From positions 16,235 through 80,234 of the forward strand of contig CALVUP010000001.1 in assembly GCA_944363635.1 (NCBI GenBank): a DNA stretch of 64,000 bases, in the 5' to 3' direction. The DNA is from an uncultured Bacilli bacterium (GTDB taxonomy: Bacteria; Bacillota_I; Bacilli_A; RF39; UBA660). Both the position numbers and the translations under genes were made by a program. Positions 27,697 to 38,438 of the stretch are shown here, in pieces (the stretch's first letter is position 1; every line of letters starts with the position of its first letter). Under the pieces are notes generated by a model, which was not told where the DNA came from, ran no database searches, and worked only from the letters and a program-made list of their open reading frames with translations.

Positions 27697-27726
27697 AAAA
27701 AGGTTATGTTTTAAGACATAGCCTTT

Positions 27727-29682
27727 TTAATTGTTTGAATTTGTCTGGGTGTCTTCTTGTTCTTCTTCTGTTTCATCAGAAGGAGGTGTTGGTGTAGTTT
27801 CTTCTTTGACGTTTGCTAAAATAATTTTTAAACTAGACATTGTTGTAATATCAGTTCCTGCCGAAACGTCTTGTGAGATTACCTGATCTTGTGTATAAGT
27901 GGAATCCACATCTTGATAAGTAAAACTTACATAAACATTATGGGCATTACACCAAGTTTCAACATCACTTTTACTTTGACCTACGAAATTAGGAAGAGTA
28001 ACTAAAGTATTTTGTGTTTCATCAGTCGTTTCATTTTCTTCTTTTTGGGAAGGCGTTGGTTGCTTATTGGTACTTGTTGTCTCTCCAGCATTAGAAGTAC
28101 TTCCACTGGTTATTTTGCCAATTGGAATGGATTCATAGTCTTCATCGATAGACCAAGAGAAAGTTTTAATCATTTCAGCATCTTGTTTTCCTAAGTTGGC
28201 ATTAATAGCATTACTTACGGCCTCAATACTTTCATCATATAATACATAGTTATATAAGTTAAGACCTGTTGCGGTATCATAAATGTATTTTCCTTCTCCA
28301 GATAAATAAAGTTGTCTGATTGTTAAACTATCGGTTACACTTTTATGAGATTGCTTAATGATGTTTTTACCTACATTATAGAAAGATAAAATCTGTTCCG
28401 TCGTAAAGTTGGTATCAATACTTCCAGATATGGTATCAAGCAAACTATACATAGTTGAAATACTTGTTATTTTTTCTCCAGCAGCATTTAAAATACCTTT
28501 GACGACTAATTGTTGATTTAATCCACGATCAATATCTCCATTGGCTAATTGTTTTCTGTTTCTTGCTAAAACCAAAGCTTCTTCACCATTTAAAGTTTGT
28601 TTTCCTTCTTTTATACAAACTTGTCCAGTTCGATTTGAATTATCTGTACATAAATCTTGTGGAACATCAACTTCAATACCACCAAGGGCATTTACAATGT
28701 TAACCAAAGCCTTAAAATTAACTTTTACATAATAATCAATATCAATATCTAAAAAATTCTCAATCGTCTCTTCCACACAAGCTTCTCCATACCATCCTGC
28801 ATGTGTAATTTTATTTTTCTTACTCATACAAGTAATATCTACATAAGAATCTCTTGGAATACTAAGCATTGTAGCACTTAGAGTATCTGGGTTAAATGAA
28901 ATAACCATTAAAGTATCGCTATTACCTGTCTCACTTGCTGAAAGTGTTTCACTCGTTGAATCGATTCCCATTAGAAGAACCGTAAAAGGTCCATCAATCG
29001 TAGAAGAGGAAGAATTCTTTTTTACTTTCTTTGCCTTTGTATAAATAATTCTTGTCTCTTTTTCAATGTTTTTATAATCATCAAGACTATCAAACATAGA
29101 AACATAACTTGTTGGTAAGAAAACAACATCTACTTCTTGACTATATAAAGCCTTAAGCAAAGCATGGTAATCATCATATTCTTTTATTTCATTATCATCT
29201 AGCAATTCTTCATCTTCTATAATTTCTAAAGCCAAAGTGTTTCCTTCATAAGAAGCAGGATCATCAATCATTCCTATAGCTGTATCTTTTACATCTTTTA
29301 TTTCTTCTAAAGAACTATCTTGTAAAACAACTAAACTGGTTGAATAATTTGTACTTGATTTATTAAATGTGTTTACTGAAGTATAAACAATAAAGATATA
29401 AATAGAAATCACTAAGAAAATGATTGTAAAGAGAATATGCAGCACACTAAACCAAACAATTTTTTTCTTTGTTCCACGTATAACTAACGTTCTGGAAATT
29501 AAGCACCTTAAAACCGCTAGAATTAAAATCGCAACAAGGATATATCGTAATATAGGTTCAATAGGTCCTAATAATAAAATATTATAAATTAAAAAAGCAC
29601 ATGTAATTGTAAATAAAATTGTAATGATATTACATAAAATTCTATTTTTTCTTATCTTGTCTTTTTGTTCGCTTCTTGACAT
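27727..29682 (-). CDS. LytR-CpsA-Psr (LCP) family protein with multi-TM N-terminus and C-terminal PASTA-like domain
   Basis: 'DTLMVISFNPDTLSATMLSIPRDSYVDI' LCP core. C-terminal 'TLPNFVGQSKSDVETWCNAHNV' PASTA-like. Start set at the GGAGGG-preceded ATG (MSRSEQ...). Confidence 0.65.
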   Translation of the reverse strand: MSRSEQKDKIRKNRILCNIITILFTITCAFLIYNILLLGPIEPILRYILVAILILAVLRCLISRTLVIRGTKKKIVWFSVLHILFTIIFLVISIYIFIVYTSVNTFNKSSTNYSTSLVVLQDSSLEEIKDVKDTAIGMIDDPASYEGNTLALEIIEDEELLDDNEIKEYDDYHALLKALYSQEVDVVFLPTSYVSMFDSLDDYKNIEKETRIIYTKAKKVKKNSSSSTIDGPFTVLLMGIDSTSETLSASETGNSDTLMVISFNPDTLSATMLSIPRDSYVDITCMSKKNKITHAGWYGEACVEETIENFLDIDIDYYVKVNFKALVNIVNALGGIEVDVPQDLCTDNSNRTGQVCIKEGKQTLNGEEALVLARNRKQLANGDIDRGLNQQLVVKGILNAAGEKITSISTMYSLLDTISGSIDTNFTTEQILSFYNVGKNIIKQSHKSVTDSLTIRQLYLSGEGKYIYDTATGLNLYNYVLYDESIEAVSNAINANLGKQDAEMIKTFSWSIDEDYESIPIGKITSGSTSNAGETTSTNKQPTPSQKEENETTDETQNTLVTLPNFVGQSKSDVETWCNAHNVYVSFTYQDVDSTYTQDQVISQDVSAGTDITTMSSLKIILANVKEETTPTPPSDETEEEQEDTQTNSNN

Positions 29683-29870
29683 GCTATCCCTCCATAAACT
29701 TATAGCAATATAATACATCATAAATTTGATAAAGTAATGAAATATTTTTAAAATCTAAGATCTTTTACAATATTTTACGGAATTTTTGTGAAAGATTTTA
29801 TCGAAATATGTACTAGACAAGGAAGAACTGTTATAATTATTATGAATAAAAATAGAAGAGGAGGGATATT

Positions 29871-31943
29871 ATGTATAAAAAAGTATTACTTGCATTGGTT
29901 TTTACATTTTTATTGTTAATTCCTTCTTCTGTTTATGCTGCCAATAAAACGGGTTATAACAACGCTGTGAATTTAACTGTACGAAAAACAGCAAGTACGA
30001 GTGGCAGCAAAGTAGGAGTATTACCAATTGGAACCAATATCGAAATTTTAGGTACTGCATCTGGAAATGGATGCAAAACGTGGTATAAATTTAAATACAA
30101 TGGATCGGATGCTTGGGCCTGTGGAATTACAACAGGTGGAGTAGAATATATAAAAACGTATACAACAACTACTTTACGTACGAACAACAGGAACCCATCA
30201 ACGGCTTATGAAAAAGAACTACAAGCTGCCGGTTTTCCATCCAGTTATTGGGATAAATTGTCAGCTTTACATGCAAAATATCCAAATTGGACTTTTGTTG
30301 CAAACAAAACAAATTTAGATTTTAATACAGCCGTTTCGAAAGAAGTAAGTGATGTAGAAACTAATTTAATTCAAGTAACCTCTTCAAATATGGATTATAT
30401 GGCTGGTTATTTATCAACAGCCAGTGGATCTTATAATTATAAAACCAATAAATTTACGGCATTAGACTCTAGTACTTGGTATTCTGCCCATAAAGATATG
30501 GTTGCTTATTATATGGATCCAAGAAATTTTTTAAATGAAAGTTTTATTTTCTATTTTGAACAATTGTCTTATAATTCTTCTTATCATACGGCAAGTGTGG
30601 TAGAAAAAACATTAGGAAGTTCTTTCTTAAAGTCTTATAAGACCAATTTCTATAATGCTGGAAAAAACAATAAAGTTTCTCCAATCCATTTAGCGACAAG
30701 AAGTATGTTGGAAATGGGAGATACGGCTTCTTTTTTAACAACAGGAGCAAGCTTTAAATATACAGCTAACTATTATAAAAATTATAGTAATATTTATAAT
30801 AAAATGTTTTCTAAATGTTTTAACTTTTATAATATTGGCGCTTATTCGGATTCAGTCTCTCCAGCTCAAAACGCTGCGATTTATGCATGTGGAGGTTCTA
30901 CTTTAAAAGAAACGAGTTATGGTAGACCATGGAATACGGCGGATAAGGCTATTAATGGAGGCGCTAATTTTTTAGGAGCAAGTTATATCAATAAAGGGCA
31001 AGATACCCTTTACTTCCAAAAATTTAATACAGCCTCTTATACAGAGACTACCAAATATTCTCATCAATACATGCAAAACATTCAAGCGCCATCTACAGAA
31101 GGATCCGATACCTTTGATGGCTATGAAGATATTGGTTTGATTAACAGTTCTCAATCATTTACTTTTGTAATTCCTGTTTATAACAACATGCCAGAAAAGA
31201 CCTCCATTCCAAATTCTAAAAACCCAAATAATTATTTATCAAAGATTACTGTTACAGCAGGAGGAAAAACGTTAACTGTATCTAATTTTGATGGTGCTAA
31301 AACAGATAATAATTATAGCGTTCAATTCTCAGGAAATGTAACAACAGCAACCATTAGTGCAACCAAGGTTGTATCTTCTGCAAGTGTTACTGTAAATAAT
31401 GGTAAAACCATTAGTTTAACAAGTACATCGACAAAAGTACCAATTAAAGTAACAGCTGCCAATGGAGCAACACGTACTTATTATGTAACTATAAAAAAAG
31501 AGTTATCAGGAATTGATGCTAAAGTAAGTAGTGCTGGTTATACTGTTAACGATTCTTATGTAAGTAAAATTAATCTATCTACAAAAGTATCGGCATTTAA
31601 TAGCAAGATTACCAAAGTAGATTCTGCTGCAAAAATTACAGTAAAAGATAAAAATAATAAAGCCAAATCAACAACTGCAACTTTAGTAACTGGAGATAAA
31701 ATTACCATTACTTCAGGAAGTTCATCAAAGACTTATACCGTTGTGATCTATGGAGATCTTAATGGTGATGGGGTTATTAATTCAGGTGATTTATTAAAAT
31801 TAAGACAGCATTTAATTGGAACGAATAAATTAAGTGGTGGTTATTCTAAATCTGGAGATATTAATAAAGACAATACAATTAATTCGGGAGATTTATTAAA
31901 ATTAAGACAACATTTGATTGGTACTAATAAAATTACCCAATAG
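29871..31943 (+). CDS. secreted surface protein: SH3b-like N-domain, large central domain, cadherin-like beta-sandwich, two C-terminal dockerin repeats
   Basis: Signal peptide. SH3_3-like 'VRKTASTSGSKVGVLPIGTNIEILG...WYKFKYNG'. Tandem 'D(L/I)NGDGVINSGDLLKLRQHLIGTNK' dockerin type I repeats. Confidence 0.55.
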   Translation: MYKKVLLALVFTFLLLIPSSVYAANKTGYNNAVNLTVRKTASTSGSKVGVLPIGTNIEILGTASGNGCKTWYKFKYNGSDAWACGITTGGVEYIKTYTTTTLRTNNRNPSTAYEKELQAAGFPSSYWDKLSALHAKYPNWTFVANKTNLDFNTAVSKEVSDVETNLIQVTSSNMDYMAGYLSTASGSYNYKTNKFTALDSSTWYSAHKDMVAYYMDPRNFLNESFIFYFEQLSYNSSYHTASVVEKTLGSSFLKSYKTNFYNAGKNNKVSPIHLATRSMLEMGDTASFLTTGASFKYTANYYKNYSNIYNKMFSKCFNFYNIGAYSDSVSPAQNAAIYACGGSTLKETSYGRPWNTADKAINGGANFLGASYINKGQDTLYFQKFNTASYTETTKYSHQYMQNIQAPSTEGSDTFDGYEDIGLINSSQSFTFVIPVYNNMPEKTSIPNSKNPNNYLSKITVTAGGKTLTVSNFDGAKTDNNYSVQFSGNVTTATISATKVVSSASVTVNNGKTISLTSTSTKVPIKVTAANGATRTYYVTIKKELSGIDAKVSSAGYTVNDSYVSKINLSTKVSAFNSKITKVDSAAKITVKDKNNKAKSTTATLVTGDKITITSGSSSKTYTVVIYGDLNGDGVINSGDLLKLRQHLIGTNKLSGGYSKSGDINKDNTINSGDLLKLRQHLIGTNKITQ

Positions 31944-31952
31944 GAGGAATTT

Positions 31953-33293
31953 ATGAGACAAATAAAATATTTTATATTTAGTTTATTGCTTTTGATGGGG
32001 ATTACTATACATCCTAATGCAGCCACAACTCTTTCTACAAGTAAATCGCAAGTAACAAAAGGAAGTAGTTTTACTGTTACTGTAAAAGCGTCTTCTGTTG
32101 CTGCGTGGAATTTGCATGTATCCGCATCAGGACCTGTAAAAGGGTGTTCACTTAATGTAGCAGATAGTACAGCAGACGCAAAAAATACAACAAAAACTTT
32201 TTCTGCCACTTGCACATCCACTGCTACAGGTACAATCACTATAAAATTAACAGGTGATACTACAAATGCAGCCGGTAGTACAAGTAATATTTCTACTTCT
32301 AAGACAGTAAAAGTTGTATCTAAATCTTCTGGAGGATCATCTTCTAGTAATTCTTATTCTGGAAATAATAGTACAAGCCAAAATACAAATTTAAGCAGTG
32401 AAAATGATCTAAAGAATTTAACAGTATCTGAAGGGAATTTATCTCCTAAGTTTGATGCGGATAAAACAGAATATAAAGTAGAAGTTGAAAATGAAGTTGA
32501 AAGCATTAAAATTAGTGCTACAGCAAGTGATTCTAATGCTACTGTAAAAGGAACTGGTGAAAAAGATTTAAAAGAAGGGAAAAACAGTTTTGGTATTGTT
32601 GTTGTAGCGGAAAATGGGAGAACGAAAACATATACAGTTGTTGTAACAAGGAAAGCAAAAGATCCAGTCTATGTTACAGTAGATGATGTAGAGTACCTAG
32701 TTATAACTGATTTTAAAGATTTGGAAGTACCTAAGAATTTTAAAGAAACAACCATTACAATTGATGATAAAGAAGTAAAAGCTTTATACGATGACATTAC
32801 TAAGTTTACTTTAGTTGCACTTCAGGATGAAAATAATAATATAAGCTGGTATATTTGTGATGTGGATACTAACACTTATACACCGTTTATAGAAGAACAA
32901 TTTACTTTAGCAAGAATTTTAATCTTAGATATGCCTTCTAAAATCATTCCAGAAGGTTATAAAAAATATACACAAGAAATTAATGGCAATGAATATGAAG
33001 TATATAAATTAAATAAAAATTCAGATTATGCTTTGTTTTATGCCTTAAATTTGGATACTGGTAATAAAAATCTTTATATGTATGATCAAGAAGAAAATAC
33101 CATTCAAAGATATACCAGCGAGAATAGTGATCGAATTCAAGAAAAATATGATCAATTGTTTTATTTAACAATTGGCTTATGTGGATTATCTGCTTTCCTT
33201 ATCCTTCTGTTATTTATTGTTATGATTAATAAAGGAAAGAAAAAGCATAAGAAAAAAGAAAAAACAGTCATAGAAAAAGAAGTAGAAAAATAA
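31953..33293 (+). CDS. surface protein with cadherin-like beta-sandwich domain and C-terminal TM anchor
   Basis: Signal peptide. 'NLTVSEGNLSPKFDADKTEYKVEV...KTYTVVVTR' cadherin-like domain. C-terminal hydrophobic helix plus KKHKKKE stop-transfer. Confidence 0.5.
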   Translation: MRQIKYFIFSLLLLMGITIHPNAATTLSTSKSQVTKGSSFTVTVKASSVAAWNLHVSASGPVKGCSLNVADSTADAKNTTKTFSATCTSTATGTITIKLTGDTTNAAGSTSNISTSKTVKVVSKSSGGSSSSNSYSGNNSTSQNTNLSSENDLKNLTVSEGNLSPKFDADKTEYKVEVENEVESIKISATASDSNATVKGTGEKDLKEGKNSFGIVVVAENGRTKTYTVVVTRKAKDPVYVTVDDVEYLVITDFKDLEVPKNFKETTITIDDKEVKALYDDITKFTLVALQDENNNISWYICDVDTNTYTPFIEEQFTLARILILDMPSKIIPEGYKKYTQEINGNEYEVYKLNKNSDYALFYALNLDTGNKNLYMYDQEENTIQRYTSENSDRIQEKYDQLFYLTIGLCGLSAFLILLLFIVMINKGKKKHKKKEKTVIEKEVEK

Positions 33294-33391
33294 AAAAATA
33301 GTATTGCAAATCAAAAAGAGTTATAGTATGATAATTCTTGCTTGCAATACTGTTTTTATTATGTAGAAAAGATAAGGAAGGGATTTGAAAG

Positions 33392-34045
33392 ATGGATTCA
33401 AGAAAAACAGAAATACTAAAACTTTCAAAACAAGCTTTAGAACTTAAAAAGAATAAGAAAAATGAAGATTTTACAATTAAAAAAATTGATGCCAATATTA
33501 AAAGTGTAGAGTCTCAATTGACACAGTTACAAGAACAAATAAAAACGAATAATGCTTATGTAGAAGAATATAATACATTAGAGATAAAAAAACAAAAGAA
33601 ACATATAAAATATTGGTGTATTTTAATGGTAGAGATTGCCATTGGTGCTTTATGGATCGCAACGACTTTATCAACACTTTCCATATGTGCAACATTAGGA
33701 ATTGTATTGACAACGGCAATATTTTATATTCATGATTTAAATGAAATTATGATCAAACAAAAAGAAGATATCTCAAGAATTCCAACGCAAAACAACGAAT
33801 TGGAAAAAAAGATGCAAAGTTTAGAAAACAAAAAAAAGCAACTTACGAAAGAAAGAAATAAGAATAGCACAATGAAACAACAAAACGAAGAAAGATATCA
33901 AGTTTTAACAGAGCAAATCATAAATTTAACGAAAGAAAGGCAAGAACTTGCTGATCAACTTTTAGAACAAGAAGAAAACCCGGTAATTCATGTGGATAAA
34001 CGTGCTAAAAGCAAGAGAATTATGGATCTTTCTAGTCGACATTAG
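33392..34045 (+). CDS. coiled-coil membrane protein (two TM helices)
   Basis: AAGGAAGGG RBS. Central hydrophobic hairpin flanked by K/E-rich coiled-coil. Confidence 0.45.
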   Translation: MDSRKTEILKLSKQALELKKNKKNEDFTIKKIDANIKSVESQLTQLQEQIKTNNAYVEEYNTLEIKKQKKHIKYWCILMVEIAIGALWIATTLSTLSICATLGIVLTTAIFYIHDLNEIMIKQKEDISRIPTQNNELEKKMQSLENKKKQLTKERNKNSTMKQQNEERYQVLTEQIINLTKERQELADQLLEQEENPVIHVDKRAKSKRIMDLSSRH

Positions 34046-34056
34046 CAGTAAAGAGT

Positions 34057-34231
34057 TTGACAGAAAAAGAAAACAGGACTATAATAAAATTGTAAGTGCG
34101 AAGACGGGATTGGACACCCCACCAGCAGTAACTTTAAAGAGATTCTTCTAGAATAAATAGGGTGGAACCGCGTATGAAAATGCGTCCCTATATTTTAGAA
34201 GTTTTTTTGTTAAAAAGAAGGAGTGAGAAAT
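34057..34231 (+). promoter_or_regulatory. promoter plus short T-box leader (likely Gly-type), upstream of orf277-glyQS
   Basis: TTGACA (34057-34062), 17 nt, TATAAT (34080-34085). T-box core 'aataaatagggtggaaccgcg' at 34152-34172, followed by gcgtccctat plus T-runs. Specifier not resolved; possible GGA at 34112. Confidence 0.5.
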
Positions 34232-35056
34232 ATGTTAAGAATGGATATGAATAGTATGAATCTTTTATTTGTAAGTGATTTTAAAAAAGTAGCTTTTAAA
34301 AGAAGAAAGGGAAAACAAATGATTTTCACTAAGAATATGAAATTAAATCCAAATATATCTACAAAAAACAATCCAATTCTACAATATTATAATCATTTGT
34401 TAGAAGAAGGATTTACGAAGAGTCATGCAGCTATTTTAGCGCTATTATTAAGACAAAAAGTAATAGGAATTAATCTAAGAGCAAAATCTGTCCGCGTTTT
34501 CTTTGAGGATAACAGTCATCTTAAAATTGATTTAACCTCTCCAGAACTTGTAGATGTTCAAGAGGAGTTGTTACATACAATTATAAATCATTATAAAAGT
34601 GAAAGAGAAAGAAGTATTCAAAAAGCGTTCCAAACGAAAAATCAAGATATTTGTTTCGAACGTAATATGCGTGATAATCGTAGTTTTAGTTACCAAAAAG
34701 AAAATCAATTGGTTTGTGAATTGATGTGTAATGAAAGGTCCCGTATGTTTCAATTCGGAGAAGAAAAAGTTGTAGAAGAAACAATTGAAAAATTTATCGA
34801 TGAAAATGATGGCCTTATCAATATCACAAAAGCAAGCAGGCAACCTACAGGCTTAAATGAAGGCATCTCTTCTTTAGAAGGCCCTATGCCAATAATTGAT
34901 GATTTTATGTTTTTACATGGAAAAGATCGTAATATAATTTTAGACGGATTGCCTTATAATATTTTAGAACAAACCGAAATAGCAGTGGATAGACACAATG
35001 ACCAAATTAAAGATTTAGAGAATACAAAGAGTTATGTAAAAACTAAAAAGGATTAA
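34232..35056 (+). CDS. hypothetical protein between the T-box leader and glyQS
   Basis: AAGGAG RBS at ATG 34232 (track 34223 is a GTG extension). No motif recognised. Confidence 0.45.
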   Translation: MLRMDMNSMNLLFVSDFKKVAFKRRKGKQMIFTKNMKLNPNISTKNNPILQYYNHLLEEGFTKSHAAILALLLRQKVIGINLRAKSVRVFFEDNSHLKIDLTSPELVDVQEELLHTIINHYKSERERSIQKAFQTKNQDICFERNMRDNRSFSYQKENQLVCELMCNERSRMFQFGEEKVVEETIEKFIDENDGLINITKASRQPTGLNEGISSLEGPMPIIDDFMFLHGKDRNIILDGLPYNILEQTEIAVDRHNDQIKDLENTKSYVKTKKD

Positions 35057-35091
35057 AAGACAAAAAAAGAATAGAAAAAGGAGAAGAACAC

Positions 35092-36462
35092 ATGAAAGAA
35101 ATAACAATGGAACAAATGGTAAATTATGCTAAACAATATGGTTTTATTTTTCAAGGAAGTGAAATTTATGGGGGCCTTGCAAATACTTGGGATTACGGTC
35201 CCCTTGGTGCACGATTAAAAAACAATGTAAAGGATGCTTGGCGCAAAAGATTTATTCAAGAAAGAAAAAATGCTTATGAAATGGATGCAGATATATTAAT
35301 GCATCCTAGAGTATGGGAAGCATCTGGACATGTAGGAAGCTTTTCTGACCCACTTGTGGATTGTAAGGAGTGTAAAACAAGACATCGTGCGGATAATTTA
35401 ATTAATGATTTTACGCATTCTTCAAAAGGAGATGCCATGAACGAAGAGGAAATGATGCAATTTATTAAAGAGAATAAAGTACCATGTCCAAATTGTGGGA
35501 AATCAAATTTTACTGATATTCGTCAGTTTAATTTAATGTTTGAAACCCAAAGAGGAGTAACGAAAGATAGTAAAAATATTGTTTACTTGCGACCAGAAAA
35601 TGCCCAAGGTGAATATGTTAACTTTTTAAATGTGCAAAGAAGTATGCGTGCTAAACTTCCATTTTCTATTGGTCAAATTGGGAAGGCATTCCGTAATGAA
35701 ATTACTCCAGGGAATTTTACTTTTCGAACGATTGAATTTGAGCAAATGGAATATCAAACCTTTTGTAAAAAAGGGAAAGATGAAAAGTTGTATGAATATT
35801 TTAAAGAATATGGAAAGAAGTTTTATATGGATTTAGGTCTTCCAGAAGAAAAGCTTCGATTTCATGATCATGAAAAATTAGCGCATTATGCAAAAGCAGC
35901 TTGTGATATTGAATATCAATTTCCTTTTGGTTGGGGAGAGATCAATGGTACCCATAATCGTACGGATTTTGATCTTTCTCGTCATCAAGAATATTCTAAA
36001 GTTTCTTTAGAATACTTAGATCCAGATACCAATGAAAAATATATACCATATATCATTGAATCCACTTATGGATTAGACCGAACGGTTTTAGCTCTATTAT
36101 TTGATGCTTATCAGGAAGAAGAATTAGAAGACCATACAAAAAGAGAAGTATTGAAATTACGTCCTTTTCTTGCGCCAATTAAAGTAACGGTACTTCCTTT
36201 GGTGAAAAAATATCATAAGGAAAAAGCTTTAGAAATTTGGGAAATGTTAAGTAAATCTTTTATGACCAATTATGATGAAACCGCATCGATTGGAAAACGT
36301 TATAGAAGAGCAGATGCAATTGGAACGCCATGGTGTATTACTGTAGACGATGAAACATTAAACAATAACACCGTTACAGTAAGAGACAGAGATACGATGG
36401 AACAAATTACTTTACCAGTGGATGAAGTAGTGGAATATATAGAAAAGAGAATTAAGTTTTAA
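35092..36462 (+). CDS. glyQS: glycine--tRNA ligase (dimeric GlyQS type)
   Basis: 'EIYGGLANTWDYGPLGARLKNN' and class II motifs. About 456 aa. Confidence 0.9.
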   Translation: MKEITMEQMVNYAKQYGFIFQGSEIYGGLANTWDYGPLGARLKNNVKDAWRKRFIQERKNAYEMDADILMHPRVWEASGHVGSFSDPLVDCKECKTRHRADNLINDFTHSSKGDAMNEEEMMQFIKENKVPCPNCGKSNFTDIRQFNLMFETQRGVTKDSKNIVYLRPENAQGEYVNFLNVQRSMRAKLPFSIGQIGKAFRNEITPGNFTFRTIEFEQMEYQTFCKKGKDEKLYEYFKEYGKKFYMDLGLPEEKLRFHDHEKLAHYAKAACDIEYQFPFGWGEINGTHNRTDFDLSRHQEYSKVSLEYLDPDTNEKYIPYIIESTYGLDRTVLALLFDAYQEEELEDHTKREVLKLRPFLAPIKVTVLPLVKKYHKEKALEIWEMLSKSFMTNYDETASIGKRYRRADAIGTPWCITVDDETLNNNTVTVRDRDTMEQITLPVDEVVEYIEKRIKF

Positions 36463-37736
36463 TGAAAGTTGGAATTTGTACTTTAGGTTGTAAAGTGAAT
36501 ACGTATGAGTCAGAGTATATAGAAAATCTCTTAAAACAGAACCATTATGAGATCAACAATTTTAATGATTATAATGATGTCTATATTATTAATACTTGTT
36601 CAGTAACCAATACAGCGGATCAAAAAAGTAGAAAAATGATTCATCGTGCCATTAAATTAAATAAAGATGCTATTATTATAGTCATGGGATGTTTTATAGA
36701 AGCCAATAAAGATTATAATATAGAAGGTGTGGATATTATACTCGGCAACAAAGATAAATCAAAAATCATTGATTTGATTGCAGAATACCAAAAAACAAAA
36801 AAACAAATTGTTCGTTTATATGATGATTTTGATGCTTGTTTTGAAGATATGCAAGTAACTACATTCGGATCTAGAAGTAGAGCTTTTGTAAAAATACAAG
36901 ACGGGTGTGAAAATTTTTGTAGTTATTGCATTATCCCTTATACAAGAGGAAAATGTAGAAGTAAAGAAAAAGATAAAGTAATTCAAGAAGTAAAGATGTT
37001 GGTTGATCATGGATACCAAGAAATTGTTCTAACTGGAATTCACACCGGCCATTATGGGGTAGATAAACATTACACTTTTTCTTCCTTATTAAAAGAATTA
37101 GAAAAGATAGAGGGCTTAAAAAGACTACGTATTTCTTCTATAGAAATTACGGAATTGGATGATGAATTTCTAGATACGTTAAAAAATTCAAAAGTTATTG
37201 TCGATCATATGCATATTCCTATGCAAAGTGGATGCGATGAAATACTAAAGGCGATGAACCGAAAATATGATACAACGTATTATAAAAAGAAAATCAAAGC
37301 CATTCGTAAAATAAGACCAAATATGGCAATTACAACTGATGTGATTGTAGGATTTCCTGGTGAAAGTGAAGAACTTTTTGAAAAAACTTATGCCTTTATA
37401 GAACAATTACAACTTGCTAAATTACATGTTTTTCCTTATTCGATGAGAAAAGGTACAAAAGCGACTACATTACCACAACAAATTGCAGAGCCTATAAAAA
37501 AACAACGTTGTAAAAAATTGATTGAACTATCCAAAGAATTAGAAAATAGGTATATGAATCGTTTTTTAAATTGTAAGCAAGACGTATTAATCGAATTATC
37601 AAAAGAAGACTATTCTCTTGGTCATACTTCTAACTTTTTACATGTAAAAATAAAAAGCAGAATACCAAAAGATAAAATGGTGCAAGTTAAAATTATAAGA
37701 AATGAATATCCTTATTTAATTGGAGAAGTTATTTAA
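36462..37736 (+). CDS. mtaB: radical-SAM methylthiotransferase, MtaB-like (MiaB family)
   Basis: N-terminal 'GCKVNTYESEYI', radical-SAM 'CENFCSYCIIPYTRG' and a TRAM-like end. Overlaps the glyQS stop. Confidence 0.7.
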   Translation: MKVGICTLGCKVNTYESEYIENLLKQNHYEINNFNDYNDVYIINTCSVTNTADQKSRKMIHRAIKLNKDAIIIVMGCFIEANKDYNIEGVDIILGNKDKSKIIDLIAEYQKTKKQIVRLYDDFDACFEDMQVTTFGSRSRAFVKIQDGCENFCSYCIIPYTRGKCRSKEKDKVIQEVKMLVDHGYQEIVLTGIHTGHYGVDKHYTFSSLLKELEKIEGLKRLRISSIEITELDDEFLDTLKNSKVIVDHMHIPMQSGCDEILKAMNRKYDTTYYKKKIKAIRKIRPNMAITTDVIVGFPGESEELFEKTYAFIEQLQLAKLHVFPYSMRKGTKATTLPQQIAEPIKKQRCKKLIELSKELENRYMNRFLNCKQDVLIELSKEDYSLGHTSNFLHVKIKSRIPKDKMVQVKIIRNEYPYLIGEVI

Positions 37737-37801
37737 CTTCTTCTTTTTCTTTACAAAGATCGGAAAAATTATTATAATGAGTATAGAATAGAAGGTGGAG
37801 C

Positions 37802-38398
37802 ATGGACAAGACAAAAGAAAATAAATCATTGAAAAAATTATCTTTATTGTTGCTTTTGCTTATTTTATTATTTGGAATTACATTTGCCATTTTTCAATAT
37901 TTGAAATTAGGAGAAAAAACAAGTAGTGTAAAAACCGGTACTTTAATTATCAATATTGATGACAGTATGGGAGATGCTATTCGTGTGGAAAACGCCTATC
38001 CGGTAACGGATGAAGTTGGAAAAGCAAGTGATCCTTATCGTTTTAAAATTACAAATAGTGGAACGGTGGATGCCAATTATGAATTACGATTGATTAGTGA
38101 TCAAGAGGCAATTAAAGAATGCGGTTGCGATCCAAAGAATACAATTGCAAAGAGTATTAAATATGAATACAAGAAAATAACAGACACTTCTTCTACCACC
38201 AGTGCTATAAAATTTTTATCATCTACTAACGATTGGACCACAACGACATTAGAAACAGGAAGAATTAATGCTGGAGATACCATTCGTTATGAAATCAGGC
38301 TTTGGATTGATGAGGATGCTACATCACAAGAAGCCAATAAACATCTACATGCGAAAGTAGAAGTAGAAGCTGTGCAATATACAGAAAATGTAAAATAA
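37802..38398 (+). CDS. secreted/membrane-anchored hypothetical protein
   Basis: N-terminal signal anchor 'LSLLLLLLILLFGITFAIF'. Confidence 0.45.
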   Translation: MDKTKENKSLKKLSLLLLLLILLFGITFAIFQYLKLGEKTSSVKTGTLIINIDDSMGDAIRVENAYPVTDEVGKASDPYRFKITNSGTVDANYELRLISDQEAIKECGCDPKNTIAKSIKYEYKKITDTSSTTSAIKFLSSTNDWTTTTLETGRINAGDTIRYEIRLWIDEDATSQEANKHLHAKVEVEAVQYTENVK

Positions 38399-38438
38399 TG
38401 AATAATATTTATTATTCATTTTTATTACGAGGAGGCCT

